Assembly: GCA_977016875.1 (NCBI GenBank)
Contig: CDRNST010000104.1
Location: 4,836,001 to 4,900,000, forward strand
Source of the DNA: Pavona decussata
Lineage: Eukaryota
Length of the DNA: 64,000 bases
Direction of reading: 5' to 3'
Positions 10,101 to 20,026 of this stretch are shown here, one piece after another. The number at the start of each line of letters is the position of its first letter. The first letter of the stretch is position 1. The position numbers were made by a program, and so were the translations under genes. Under the pieces are notes generated by a model. The model was given only the letters and a program-made list of their open reading frames with translations, did not search any database and was not told where the DNA came from.

Positions 10101-13100
10101 CAAATTAGTCGAACCAAGCATGCATTCGATTAATGCATTCTCTTAACAATTATAAACACGCTAGTATTTAGCAAATTATTTTATTTTAAGCTGCTATAGT
10201 TTATTTCACATGACAGTTTGTCAAAATAAAGCTACTGTAACCAAACAAATGTACTTTTTTACGTCCATTGTGCGCATCCGCCATCAGATCAACACTGACT
10301 TGCACAATATGAAAATAAATGGGAGGGTAAGCGTTATAAGATATTAAAAAAACCCTTTCTGGCTTGCTGGTATGTCAGCCGATAATGTCCTTGGCTAAGA
10401 GATTGTCCTTAAAATTTCACATTTGCCCTCAAAGCTTCGCTTCTCGGCAAAATATTTATTTTTAGAACAATCTCTCAGCAGCGGACATTATCAGCTGACA
10501 TACCAGCCGCCTGAAGGGGTTTATTTACTAAATAAGAGATGAGTGTAGGGTGCAGAGTTCCCAGTGTCAGAGTCTATCTGACTTATGCCGTCATTGGTCT
10601 TGGTGGGTTGGGTGAGATCATACAATGTATGTGGACTGAGGCGGCAGCCAGAGACGCCTTCTATATGCTGATGTCTGATCTCACCTCTCTGGTTCCTCCA
10701 CAATTCAACTACTACATGTAGCTGCGAGTGAGGAAAAGTGGAACCAGATCTCTCTTTCTTGCTCATTAATTCATTTATGTTTAAGACAAGAATTCTCCTT
10801 CCAACATGTCAGTTTGTTTTTCTATTGTCAGTCTGCATATTTCCAAAGTATGTTTAGTGGATCTTGGAAGGAGTCCAACGAAGAACATATTACTTTGGAG
10901 ATTCCAGATTATAATATTGATGTTGAAGGTAAGGAAATATCAAGGGTTTTGGAATATTATTGGCGTTAAAGATTTGCATGTAACATACATGCTCAACATT
11001 ATTGATGATAGGGCCAGAAAGTCATTAATACAGGCCATTCTAAACACAGAAATCATTATCATCATCAGCGTCATCATCATCATCATCCTTCATTCAGTGA
11101 TGTAGCGCCCAAGAGCTTACAAGCTTGTTCAAAAATGTATGGTCAGTAATGTACCAGAATGAACAAGAATGACCTGTGGGGAGCAGGAATGGCGCAGTGG
11201 TGAGAGCGCTCACCTCCCACTAATGTGGCCTGGGTTCGATTCCCGGACTTGGCGTCATATGTGGGTTGAGTTTGTTGTTGGTTCTCGTCTTTGCTCCGAG
11301 AGGTTTTTCTCCGGGTACTCCGGTTTTCCCCCGTCCTCAAAAACCAACACTTCTAAATTCTAATTTGATTTGGAAAGTGTCCCCAATTAGTGCTCTGCAC
11401 TAAAGACATAGACACTTAAATAAAGTGTTTTTTTTTTTTTTTTTTTACTGGAATTAGATGGAAAGGGACCAAAATGAACTGCTGATGCAATAAAGCTATT
11501 AGAAATTAAACAGGTCTGAATTTCCTGTCAAGTGACCCAGGAATTCTGTGTCATTCTGGTGTATCTGTAAAAGATGGCAAGCATGATGGCATGTTTCTAA
11601 ATCTCTCTTTGTAGCACTGAATACAGCGTTTGGTTCCCTGTACTGTGATGAGGTCACAGTGACTCCAATTAAGGTTGTACCTCTTCTAGCGGCTGCAAAT
11701 TTGCTTCAGTTGGTAAGTGATTATGTCCATCCTCAGATACACACTCAGGAGCAGGTAGTCAGGAGAAGACAAAGATAGCCGGCAGAACAGGCGCTAGTTT
11801 TTTGCAATTTTTTCTTTTTTTTTTTTTGGGGGGGGGGGGGGGCAAGTGGAGGCAAGCTTGACAGGAGGGGCATTGTGCTTGCCTCTGCCTGCCTGAAAAA
11901 TGCCCAAAAAAATTATGCCTGTTCTGCAGGCTAAGACAAATTAAGATTGCGCATTCCAGAGTTCAAATGAGACTGGGGACCAACTTTTAAATTTTCATTT
12001 AAACAGAAATTAGAGTCCATCACAAGAATTAAGCTCACATTAAAATTAGTCAGTTTACCATGTTTGAGGTTCTATCATATTCATTAGATTGCAACCATTT
12101 AGAAGGCGTTCAAAAATCAGAAAAATTAGAGACTTTGTATGGGTTTGGGTTCTAGAACTGATCTGAAACTAGTTGGTTCCTGCAGGCTTCACCTTTGGCT
12201 CTCGCCTTGTCATGGTGACGAGCCTTGTGTGTCTCCCTGACCCTAAGAGCTATGCTGGTTGGGACCTTGGTCCCTGGTAGGTCTAACCGTGGTCAAGGGG
12301 TAGAGGCTTGACAAAGAACTGCCCTTAAGTAGTGCTCCTAGTCGGGGGTGGGGCAATAGGTTAATCACCCAGCCCCATAAAAAGTCAGCAATTACTATAC
12401 CAAAACCTTAGACATGTTGAGGTGTTGTTTGCCATTTGGCATGAAGAAGTTTGGTGAAGGGGAAGACCCATGGGCTTTTTCCCTTCCTTGTTATCTAAAC
12501 TTTCTCTACTGCTTTTCCCAGTGAAGTCTTTGTCGTGCTAGACTATCTGCCCTGGGTCTCTAAGTTTAAGATGGATCATGTCCTACACAATTTTTTTCGT
12601 AGCTCTATTTGCTAAAAAACAATGTCATGTGGAACTGTTTCTTACATAACATCCAATCTGCTAAATGAAACAATAATTTTGTTTCAACTTGCAGACCTTG
12701 CTTATTGTGCAGTTCTCGAAAATATCCATACTCCCCCATGGGAGGTTTTTTTGTTTTGCACCCCCCTCCCTCCAGGAAATTCCAGTTTAGGTTTATACTT
12801 TGCTTCTAAACTTTTGAATTTTTTAGACTCCCCTCTCCCCAGGAATTTCTGATGACCTTCCATGGGGTTGGTATGGATTTTTTCTGGAACCGCACGTTGA
12901 GAATTGAGGCCGAACATTAATCGTGCATTTACACCAGTCCTGCTTGTCACCTCTGTTGTATTATTTGCAGGAAGGTTTGTCTCAGCAGTGTGCTGAGGTT
13001 ATGATGGAAACAATAAATCGAGCAACAGTGTGTGCGTATCACGTAGCAGCCACACAGTACTGTGAGGTGCAGGTTCAAAACAAGTGTGTGGAGTGGCTTG

Positions 13101-16100
13101 AAAGAAGACTTACTTCTGAGACATCAGTTTCTCTTCTGAAAGACATCAGGTGGGTGTAGCTTGGGATTGGTAGAATCCTAGGCACGATTAATAGCTTGTT
13201 TTTAGGGAAGAACTTGGGGTCCAAGAGAGGTAGAAATGGTACCCACATAGTAGAACATCTTCCACTTTCCGCGCAACAATCTTTTGGAAGTATCTTGACG
13301 ATTCAAATGAAAGTTACTGATCAGTATTTGAATCCTGTGGTATCGTTTATTGCGCTATACAAGATGGCTCTCCCTTTCGAGTCCTTGGATGAAACCCTAA
13401 AATATAGCCATTCATGTGAAAGCTACTAAGCAATACTTTATTGCTGTCATGTCGATTATGTTATACATTAAGGCAATTCTCAGTTTTTAAAATCCTGAAG
13501 TGAGGTCATTCAAATTAAGTTATGTAGTGGTAATCTTCCTGTGACACTGTCTATTATGACTTACAAGACAAGTCATTTTGACTTCTTAGTCTGTGGATCA
13601 AATGAAAGCTGCTGAGTAGTTATTTCCACTTGTTCTATTTGTTCATCAACTTTTCGATGCTGAACGACTATTTAGAGGCTTGTCTCGTCTGCTTCTGTTG
13701 CTTCAGATTTACAGCAGCCGAAGCAAGTAATTTTCATTGCTGTTTCATTCCAAGATACGGGCAGTATGTTAATACATTCTCTTACTCTTACAAGGAGCTT
13801 CATGTCCATTACTATACAGTGTGCGGATAAATTAACATTTTTAAAGTGAATAAGTTTTTTTCTGTCTTCTTTTGTAGCACAGAGCTGATGAGTGAAGTAG
13901 TGAATTCTCTAGGATTATTCGTTATGCAGATTGAAGTTGACGTTTATAATTTACTGAAAGTCTGGACCTACGTTCATCTTTACCCTGACTGCACGGGAAG
14001 CTGGAAGGATGTACGCACACAAACCAATGCGTATTTTTCATCACGAGAAAGCGATTTGAGCTTTTTAGAGACTGAAGACGGCAAGGCGTTTGTTCCTGCC
14101 TTTAGAGCTATCAGGCTTCACCACGTAATAAATGACTTGCGTTCTGTACAGCTCTTGGACACGGACAGAATTATTCCTCAAGGCAAGCAGTTCTGTTGTG
14201 TGAGGCATATAGTTGTTTTATAGTCAGCTGCATTAGCGCTCGATAAACCTCGTGTATGATTGCTAGCATGAGATGCTTGAGATTTGGAAAAATACTGTAC
14301 ATCAGCTCCAATGTTTTATCCCATGCTTTGTGCTTCGTGTGCAATAAAAACCTATGATGATGGACAAGATTTCCGTTTTTATCAAAAAGCGAAGTGCAAA
14401 GCAGTGGATAAAACATTGCAGCGTTTCCTGAACGAATTCAAGGCCACATGCAAAAACTCTGTTGAATCTGAGCTAAAACAGCAAAACGCGATCTGAAGTT
14501 CAACATAGGTCGGTTATGCACTGAGCTTTTCAAGCACAATATTGAAGTACATCAAGGTCTAAGTCCTGGCCGTATCCAACCTACTTTTTTTCCAGGTTGG
14601 CTTTATCCATTGTACAAGTCCCAGTGGGCATGTATGCTACTGATGTCCCAGAGTCGCGATCTAGGACCTTCAGTCGAGAAATTTGGACATGGAGCTCTCC
14701 GGTGTGGTAGGATATTGGAAAGGAGCTCATCGGTGAGTTAGTGTCATATCTGGCCGAGCGCTAGACTCAGGGGCACCCAACGGATCGTTTCGGTAAAGTA
14801 TCTGTTCGGAAGGCCCTTAATCCCCTACAATTTTCTAAAGGGAATTTTCGCCACGAACTTTCGTGATATGGGAAATTTAAGGCCTAGTGTTTTCGGATTA
14901 ATAAAAATGTTGTTTCGGGTACCAAAAAAAGGTCAGCTAAGATTTTCGGAAAGGAAATAAGACCTAAGGTTTTCGGGAAAAGGACAAAGATGCCCTACTA
15001 ATTTCGAAAAGACTCAAGTTCCCCTAGAATGACCGAACAGATAAAAAATATTATAGCGCTGCCTTAAATGAACCTATAGAGCTTTAAAGCCACTCCAGAT
15101 CGCCTAAAATAACGTTTCAAAGGATCTAAGAGAAAATTGTCGTTGGGTGCCCCTGTAGACTGCCGGCATTAATTAGTTTTCTCTAAAAGTAACAGAACAT
15201 CTTTTGCGGGAATCGAAGATCACCTTAACTGAATTCTTGACTCTCGCATTCCCCGGGCTCGCATCTACTATCTTTGAAGAAGCTAAGAAAATTGACTTGA
15301 CTCTCGGACTACGATCTTTGAAAAAGCTAAGAAAATTAAACGAATTCCCGAAGTGTAGAGAAGCACTCAAAACAATTCTTCCCTGCCATTTTTAAAAGTA
15401 GTGCAGATGTGAGGTGAATTGTGGACAGGGTTAGGTTACTTTCCTAAATAAGCTCTGCAATGTGTTTCTTCTGTCACTGGGTACTGGTCTAGTAGCTGTT
15501 TTATTGTTCAATGTGGTATAGAGTTTTGCACTTTGGGTCTGTAAATAATAAAAGTAACTACGATCTTCGAAGAGAACTACAGTGTGGGAATAGGTCATGG
15601 GTTTTAGAGACCTGCTGGAACTGAGAAAAGGCATCATAGCTTTTGAGTAGAACTGTCTTCTGAAAGGGTTTGTCGAGTTTAGGTGTGGTATTTTTAAGTA
15701 GGCATGCTTGAGGATTTAAGCTGATGTTGGATTTGATTGGCCCTGTGATTCCTGTTTGGGTTTATTGTCTAACTTTGTACTTTTGTTATGGAAATTACAT
15801 TGGTGGTCCTCCACTTGTTATTGTCAAGCATGTAGGTATGTTTTCGCACATTGAGTTAAGCAGTTGAGTGTGAAACTAGAGCTCCCTTGGTCAGCAAACC
15901 CAAACATGTCTACAATTATGGTATATAGAGAGGTTCGCAAATAACATTAGGTGTCAGTTGTAAGTCAGAGCTGTGCTACTGAAGGAATAAAGATTTGAAT
16001 CAAAGAAGACTTCTGGTTCCTCCGTTGCATTTGCAAGCGGGTTGCTATTTTACATATTTGGTGGAGAAGTTTACCTTGTTGGATACTCTGTGAGTGGAAC

Positions 16101-18476
16101 AATGTTCTTTTACTTTTATGCACCTAGCCATTGGTCGAAATTTGCTTTGGCAGGTCGATAATGTTCTTGAATTTATTCAAGTTTGTCATGATTTTATGGC
16201 GAGCGAACGATTTCTTCATGACATTTTTCGTGCTACTTTCTCGCCGGATTATTGTTACTCGTTTAGAGAAAATCAGTTTTGTGAGGTGTTGTTTTCCTTG
16301 AAGTCATCCGGTTACGTTAGTCTAGCGCGGAACCTCATGTCTTTTGCGTCAATCCAGTACGAAGACATTTTTGTTTGAAGATTTGGTGTCAGCTGCCAGT
16401 GTGGCTGCTTTTCGGTATTCGGTGGACCGCCGTTTTAGTGGGTTGGACTAAAGTTCATTGTTGGAGTTTATTTTACTTTTATTATTGTTTTTATTGTTGG
16501 TATTTCGTCAACGTTTCAGGAAGTATGGATCGCGTTCACCACATTGCAAAGTGGATATGTGTTTTCTGTTTTGAGGAGAAGAGCTCAGTGGTATATGATT
16601 GGACAGTGTTTCGGTGCAATCATTTGTTGTGTTTGTCATGTTTTAGAAGTAGAGCCAAGGAGCTCAAGAGAATGTTTGAATGTCTGTGTGGGGCTCAGTT
16701 CCCGCCCGAGAGCGCGTATGATTACGTGGTGACTTTCACGTCTTCTGCTCGCGAAGAGGCGGAACAGATGTCTCGTTGAACATATACATTCGCCGGTTGT
16801 ATCTTCATCATTAGAAACAGTGACTTTGTCGCCACATCATTTTGTTTAGGGGCGTAAATAACTGTAAAGCGATCTATATAATGGTTTTTAACGTGTTATG
16901 TTAATCTCGTTGGCCTATTTTAGTTTTTGAGTCATACAGCATCGGGGACGATGCCGAATTTAACAAGGGGAGTATGTTAGAAAGTCAAAAGGAATCATTT
17001 TTATTAGAACGCTTTTTAGTAGTTTCAATTAATGGGTTTACGTTTAAATGAATTTCTCGATTAGGGTTTGTTCTTTGTTTAAGGTCATTCAAGTTTTATT
17101 CAAGTTTGAGCCCGTAGAGGCATTTCCTTAGTTTTTGAGGAGTACTGTCTTCTGAAAGGGTTTGTCGAGTTTTGGTGTGGCATTTTTAAGTAGGCATGCT
17201 TGAGGATTTAAGCTGACCTTGGATTTGATTGGCCCTGTGATTCTTGTTTGGGTTTATTGTCTAACTTTGTACTTTTGTTATGGAAATTACATTGGTGGTC
17301 CTCCACTTGTTATTGTCAAGCATGTAGGTATGTTTTCGCACATTGAGTTAAGCAGATGAGTGTGAAACTAGAGCTCCCTTGGTCAGCAAACCCAAACATG
17401 TCTACAATTATGGTATATAGAGAGGTTCGCAAATAACATTAGGTGTCAGTTGTAAGTCAGAGCTGTGCTAAGGAATAAAGATTTTGCTTCAAAGAAGACT
17501 TCCGGTTCCTCCGTTGCAGTTGCAAGCGGGTTGCTATTTTACAATTATAAGCTTGAAAGAGCGTTAGGGTTTTGAAAACTGGCCAATCCAATTCCACAAA
17601 GAATTGAAGGATTGAGAGGATAACCGACCTAAATGCATTTCATGTTGGTTTAGCTCAGATTCACCGTAATCTTTGCATGTGGCCTTGAATTCTTTCAGGA
17701 AACGTTCTCCAATGTTTTATCCGCTGCTCTGCGCTTCATTTTGTGATAAAAACGGAAATCTCAACATAATCATAGGTTTTAATTGCAAACGAAGAGCAAA
17801 GCAGTGGACAAAACATTGGAGCAACTCTATCTTCGATGAATGGGTTTGAATTTGGGCGATGTATCATGCGTTGCATTAAAGTGGAATAAATTAATTCTTC
17901 TCTTACTTCGTGCACCATTTCAGTTCTTCGTTTTCTTAACACCAGCCGTTGGGCGAGAGGGGGGGAGGAGGGCTTTTTTCTCAGAGGGTGTTAAATCGAA
18001 GGTGGATGCTTTATCGAGGATTTTCTATAAGCCGGTAACGTGAAGATACCTGACAAACGGTATACCTAAGCATAGAAACTCTGCTGCCTTGATAGAACTG
18101 TACAGTCTTAGTACATTTATGGTTGTGTTTCCTTTTGTATTGACAGTATTGCTGGCGTTGGACAGGATTCTCCTATGGTGTTGACATCATCATGACGTAC
18201 AGCCCCAGAGCGAGGCAATTCTTGCTGCGACGTAATACCAACACGCACCCGGTTGGCGGAGTAGTGTGTCTTCATCAACAGAGAAATCTTGTAGTGCGAG
18301 TGGCCGCGGCCTCATTCGATTCTAAGGGTTGTACGAGTTATTACAAGTGCTCTGGACTGTTAGATTTGACGCTGGATCCGGACGAAGAAAAGGCTGTCTT
18401 GCAACTCGACCGTTCAGCCGTTTTTCCCCTGAGTGTCAGTGTTCATATGGCCCTTGTGTCGCCATCAGATGTTTGA
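7173..18476 (+). CDS. GMCL1: Germ cell-less protein (BTB-BACK, CUL3 adaptor); exons 7173-7294, 9116-9201, 10021-10058, 10832-10928, 11615-11712, 12971-13149, 13878-14182, 14596-14732, 18147-18476
   Basis: Spliced protein: MGSTISS (myristoylation motif)..KRK..YIYQTLFLDGEGSDVTIHALGKDWKLHRIYMCQSAYFQSMFSGSWKES..LFVMQIEVDVYNLLKVW..FLETEDGK..LRCGRIL..YCWRWTGFSYGVD. All blocks match recalled GMCL1 and all junctions are in phase (intron 7 uses a GC donor). Confidence 0.93.
7745..8990. mobile_element. CCC-terminal non-autonomous element (EnSpm/CACTA-like) with GGTCTGAAA subterminal repeats, interrupted by a second element
   Basis: Ends CCCGGTGGGACTCCC ... GGAGTAGTCCCCCCCCCG. Repeated GGTCTGAAA(TAGGGTA) units at about 7820-7990. 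Confidence 0.5.
8025..8945 (+). mobile_element. 921-bp TAGCC..GCTA element with perfect 9-bp TSD, carrying a broken zinc-binding (ZAD-like) ORF
   Basis: TSD CGTACAGAC at 8016-8024 and 8946-8954. Termini TAGCCTGACCCACGCA / TGCGTGGGGTGCTA. ORF remnant from 8302: MAETPKQ..SASC..VCTKCYD*..RFEKAKKNVE. Confidence 0.78.
10348..10524. mobile_element. Palindromic MITE
   Basis: AAACCCTTTCTGGCTTGCTGGTATGTCAGCCGATAATGTCC is mirrored by GGACATTATCAGCTGACATACCAGCCGCCTGAAGGGGTTT. Confidence 0.65.
11178..11427 (+). mobile_element. tRNA-derived SINE with V/Meta-type conserved core
   Basis: A-box TGGCGCAGTGG, B-box GGTTCGATTCCC, core TTTTCTCCGGGTACTCCGGTTTTCCC, and AATAAA followed by a T-run. Confidence 0.8.
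11776..11933. mobile_element. TAGCC..GGCTA element with degenerate 9-bp TSD
   Basis: TAGCCGGCAGAACAGGC ... GCCTGTTCTGCAGGCTA; flanks agacaaaga/agacaaatt. Confidence 0.7.
12200..12400 (+). mobile_element. Probable RTE-clade LINE 5'UTR remnant
   Basis: GCCTTGTCATGGTG..GAGCTATGC..GGGGGTGGGGCAATAGGTTAATCACCCAGCCCCATAAAAA resembles RTE/BovB-type 5' leaders as recalled. Confidence 0.45.
12705..12895. mobile_element. MITE (TGTGCAGTTC..GAACCGCAC family)
   Basis: Inverted termini TGTGCAGTTCTCGAAAATATCCATAC / GTATGGATTTTTTCTGGAACCGCAC. Confidence 0.65.
13295..13640 (+). repeat. Degenerate ~100-bp tandem repeat (3-4 units)
   Basis: Recurring ATTCAAATGAAAG(C/T)TACTGA.CAGTA.TT..CTGTG...TTTATT...TACAAG...GAGTC..TGGAT units at about 13300, 13410, 13508 and 13598. 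Confidence 0.6.
14305..14533. mobile_element. Partial palindromic MITE; inverted relative to the copy at 17604-17825; full copy at 55119-55475
   Basis: Shared TTCCTGAA.GAATTCAAGGCCACATGCAAA..TGAATCTGAGCTAAA..TAGGTCGGTTAT block. Confidence 0.75.
14768..15155. mobile_element. hAT-like MITE with apparent 6-bp TSD
   Basis: Perfect 15-bp TIR CAGGGGCACCCAACG / CGTTGGGTGCCCCTG, flanked by TAGACT on both sides. Confidence 0.8.
15408..17543 (+). mobile_element. Non-coding LTR retroelement (Gypsy-type ends, TRIM/LARD-like)
   Basis: About 410-bp direct repeats (15640-16053, 17133-17543) ending TTTACA. PBS TGGTGGAGA at about 16058 (tRNA-Ala-complementary). PPT TCGGGGACGATGCCGAATTTAACAAGGGGAGTA precedes TGTTAG at 16975. 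TATA-like and AATAAA signals lie within the repeats. No gag/pol motifs internally. Confidence 0.8.
17604..17825. mobile_element. Partial palindromic MITE (reverse complement of 14305-14533)
   Basis: Reverse complement aligns by eye to 14305-14520. Confidence 0.75.
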
Positions 18477-20026
18477 TGTATTGGATAAATTAATATTTGA
18501 ATAAATTAATATGGGTATGAACCGTACCGATCCCCGAAGTAAGAAAGCAGACTAGTAAGTTATGTAAACTTCAAGGCGAAAACTTGCTCCAGGAGCAAAT
18601 ACGATATCAGACGTTTTTGGACTCTTTGCCAAAATAATTAATTAACATACTAAATTATAATACTAAATATATAAAATTCATATTTTGTATGTAATACCAT
18701 AATCATTCGTTATTATTCTGAATTATAATCAATAGTGAAATAATTGTTTAAAGTAAATGTTGAAAGCAGAATTGTCTCTTTCTTTACCCATGGGTCCTAA
18801 GCGAATCGTTGGGCATCTATAGCTCTGCGTTTCATGTTACTCGAATGCTCACCTATTGTAGCTGTCAAAGTTCTTGTTCGGCCGACCTCCTCTATATAGC
18901 CTGCAGAATAGGCGTTATTATTTTTTAATGTGTTTTTAGAATAGAGTAAGAAGTGAGCGCGAAGCTTGAGGCGAGGGCTACCTCCAGAGGTTCTTCCTTC
19001 TTTCCACTCTTCCTTTTTTCCTTGCGCGTTCCAGAGGAGAGCTTCAATCATTACCAACCTTTTTTCCCTAGGTGTAAATTCTCCTCTCTCTTGTTAGTTC
19101 GAAGGCGTTAGTTTTTGTATAAAATTGTCTCAACACTTTTGTCCATGCATATGATTGTTGCCTGGTTACGTTGTTACATGGCCAGAATACTTCCATTTCT
19201 TCCTTCTGATGTGATTAAGCATTTTCTCTTGATCTGTTGCTGTCCACAGATCTTCATTTCTGATTAAATTCGGCCATTTGACTCCAAAGATGTAGCGTAC
19301 GAATCGATTTACAAAACCTGTGACCTGTGGTGTTTTTACCACCGGTCAGGATCAGTTGTCTGAATTTCTCAGCGTTAGATTCTTCCTTTCGCAGAAAGTC
19401 AGACTGCTCGCGTTTAGTTTGTTCAAGGATGGATGCTTCGAACTTTTTTCTCCTTCCCAATAAGGTGACGAATGAATCTTGACGCAACCTGGAAACTGTT
19501 CCACGAAAGTACGGCTGGACAAGTATTGCGTCGTTCGCTTAGTAAGCAGACAGTACGCAAACTTATCTGGCTCAAAGAAAGGGCACTCCCTGGATTCGCT
19601 TATTCCTTCTAAAGGTAAATATAATAATTTGGATAAGGGAGAATCAGGAATTACAGAGAAATCCTATGAAATCTTCGGACTCCCGTACGAATAGCAAATA
19701 CAAGTCGCCGTGCGGGTGCCGTACGAATAGCCACTGGGTTTTCTTTTTTTTTTTGTCAGTAAGAGAATTCCTCCGAATTCGGAAAAAAAAGCCTCTGACC
19801 CCCTGGGTACCGGTATTGTGGCGTTTTTGCTGGCTCCACCCCTCCCTACAGGGACTAACTTTAGTCATTTTAGTTACCAGTTCTTCACGTCTGAAGAAAA
19901 AGTTGTCAAAGCTTATGTCAAAGCACTTGTCAGAGTAAACATGGATTTGTTCCGTTCTTGCGCAAGTTGAATACTTTTTCCAAACGTTACTGAAGAAAAA
20001 AGATCCAAGCAGTCACGTAGATTGGA

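Noticed and set aside
11178-11250. Functional tRNA gene
   Set aside because: It continues directly into a SINE core and tail, so it is a SINE head.
16094-16779. ORFs inside the LTR element
   Set aside because: No gag zinc knuckle, protease, RT or integrase motifs; the composition reflects T-rich non-coding DNA.
14305-17825. Single 3.5-kb transposon with long TIRs
   Set aside because: The arms are two partial copies of a short MITE whose termini point inward, a real gcl exon lies between them, and a full copy exists at 55119.
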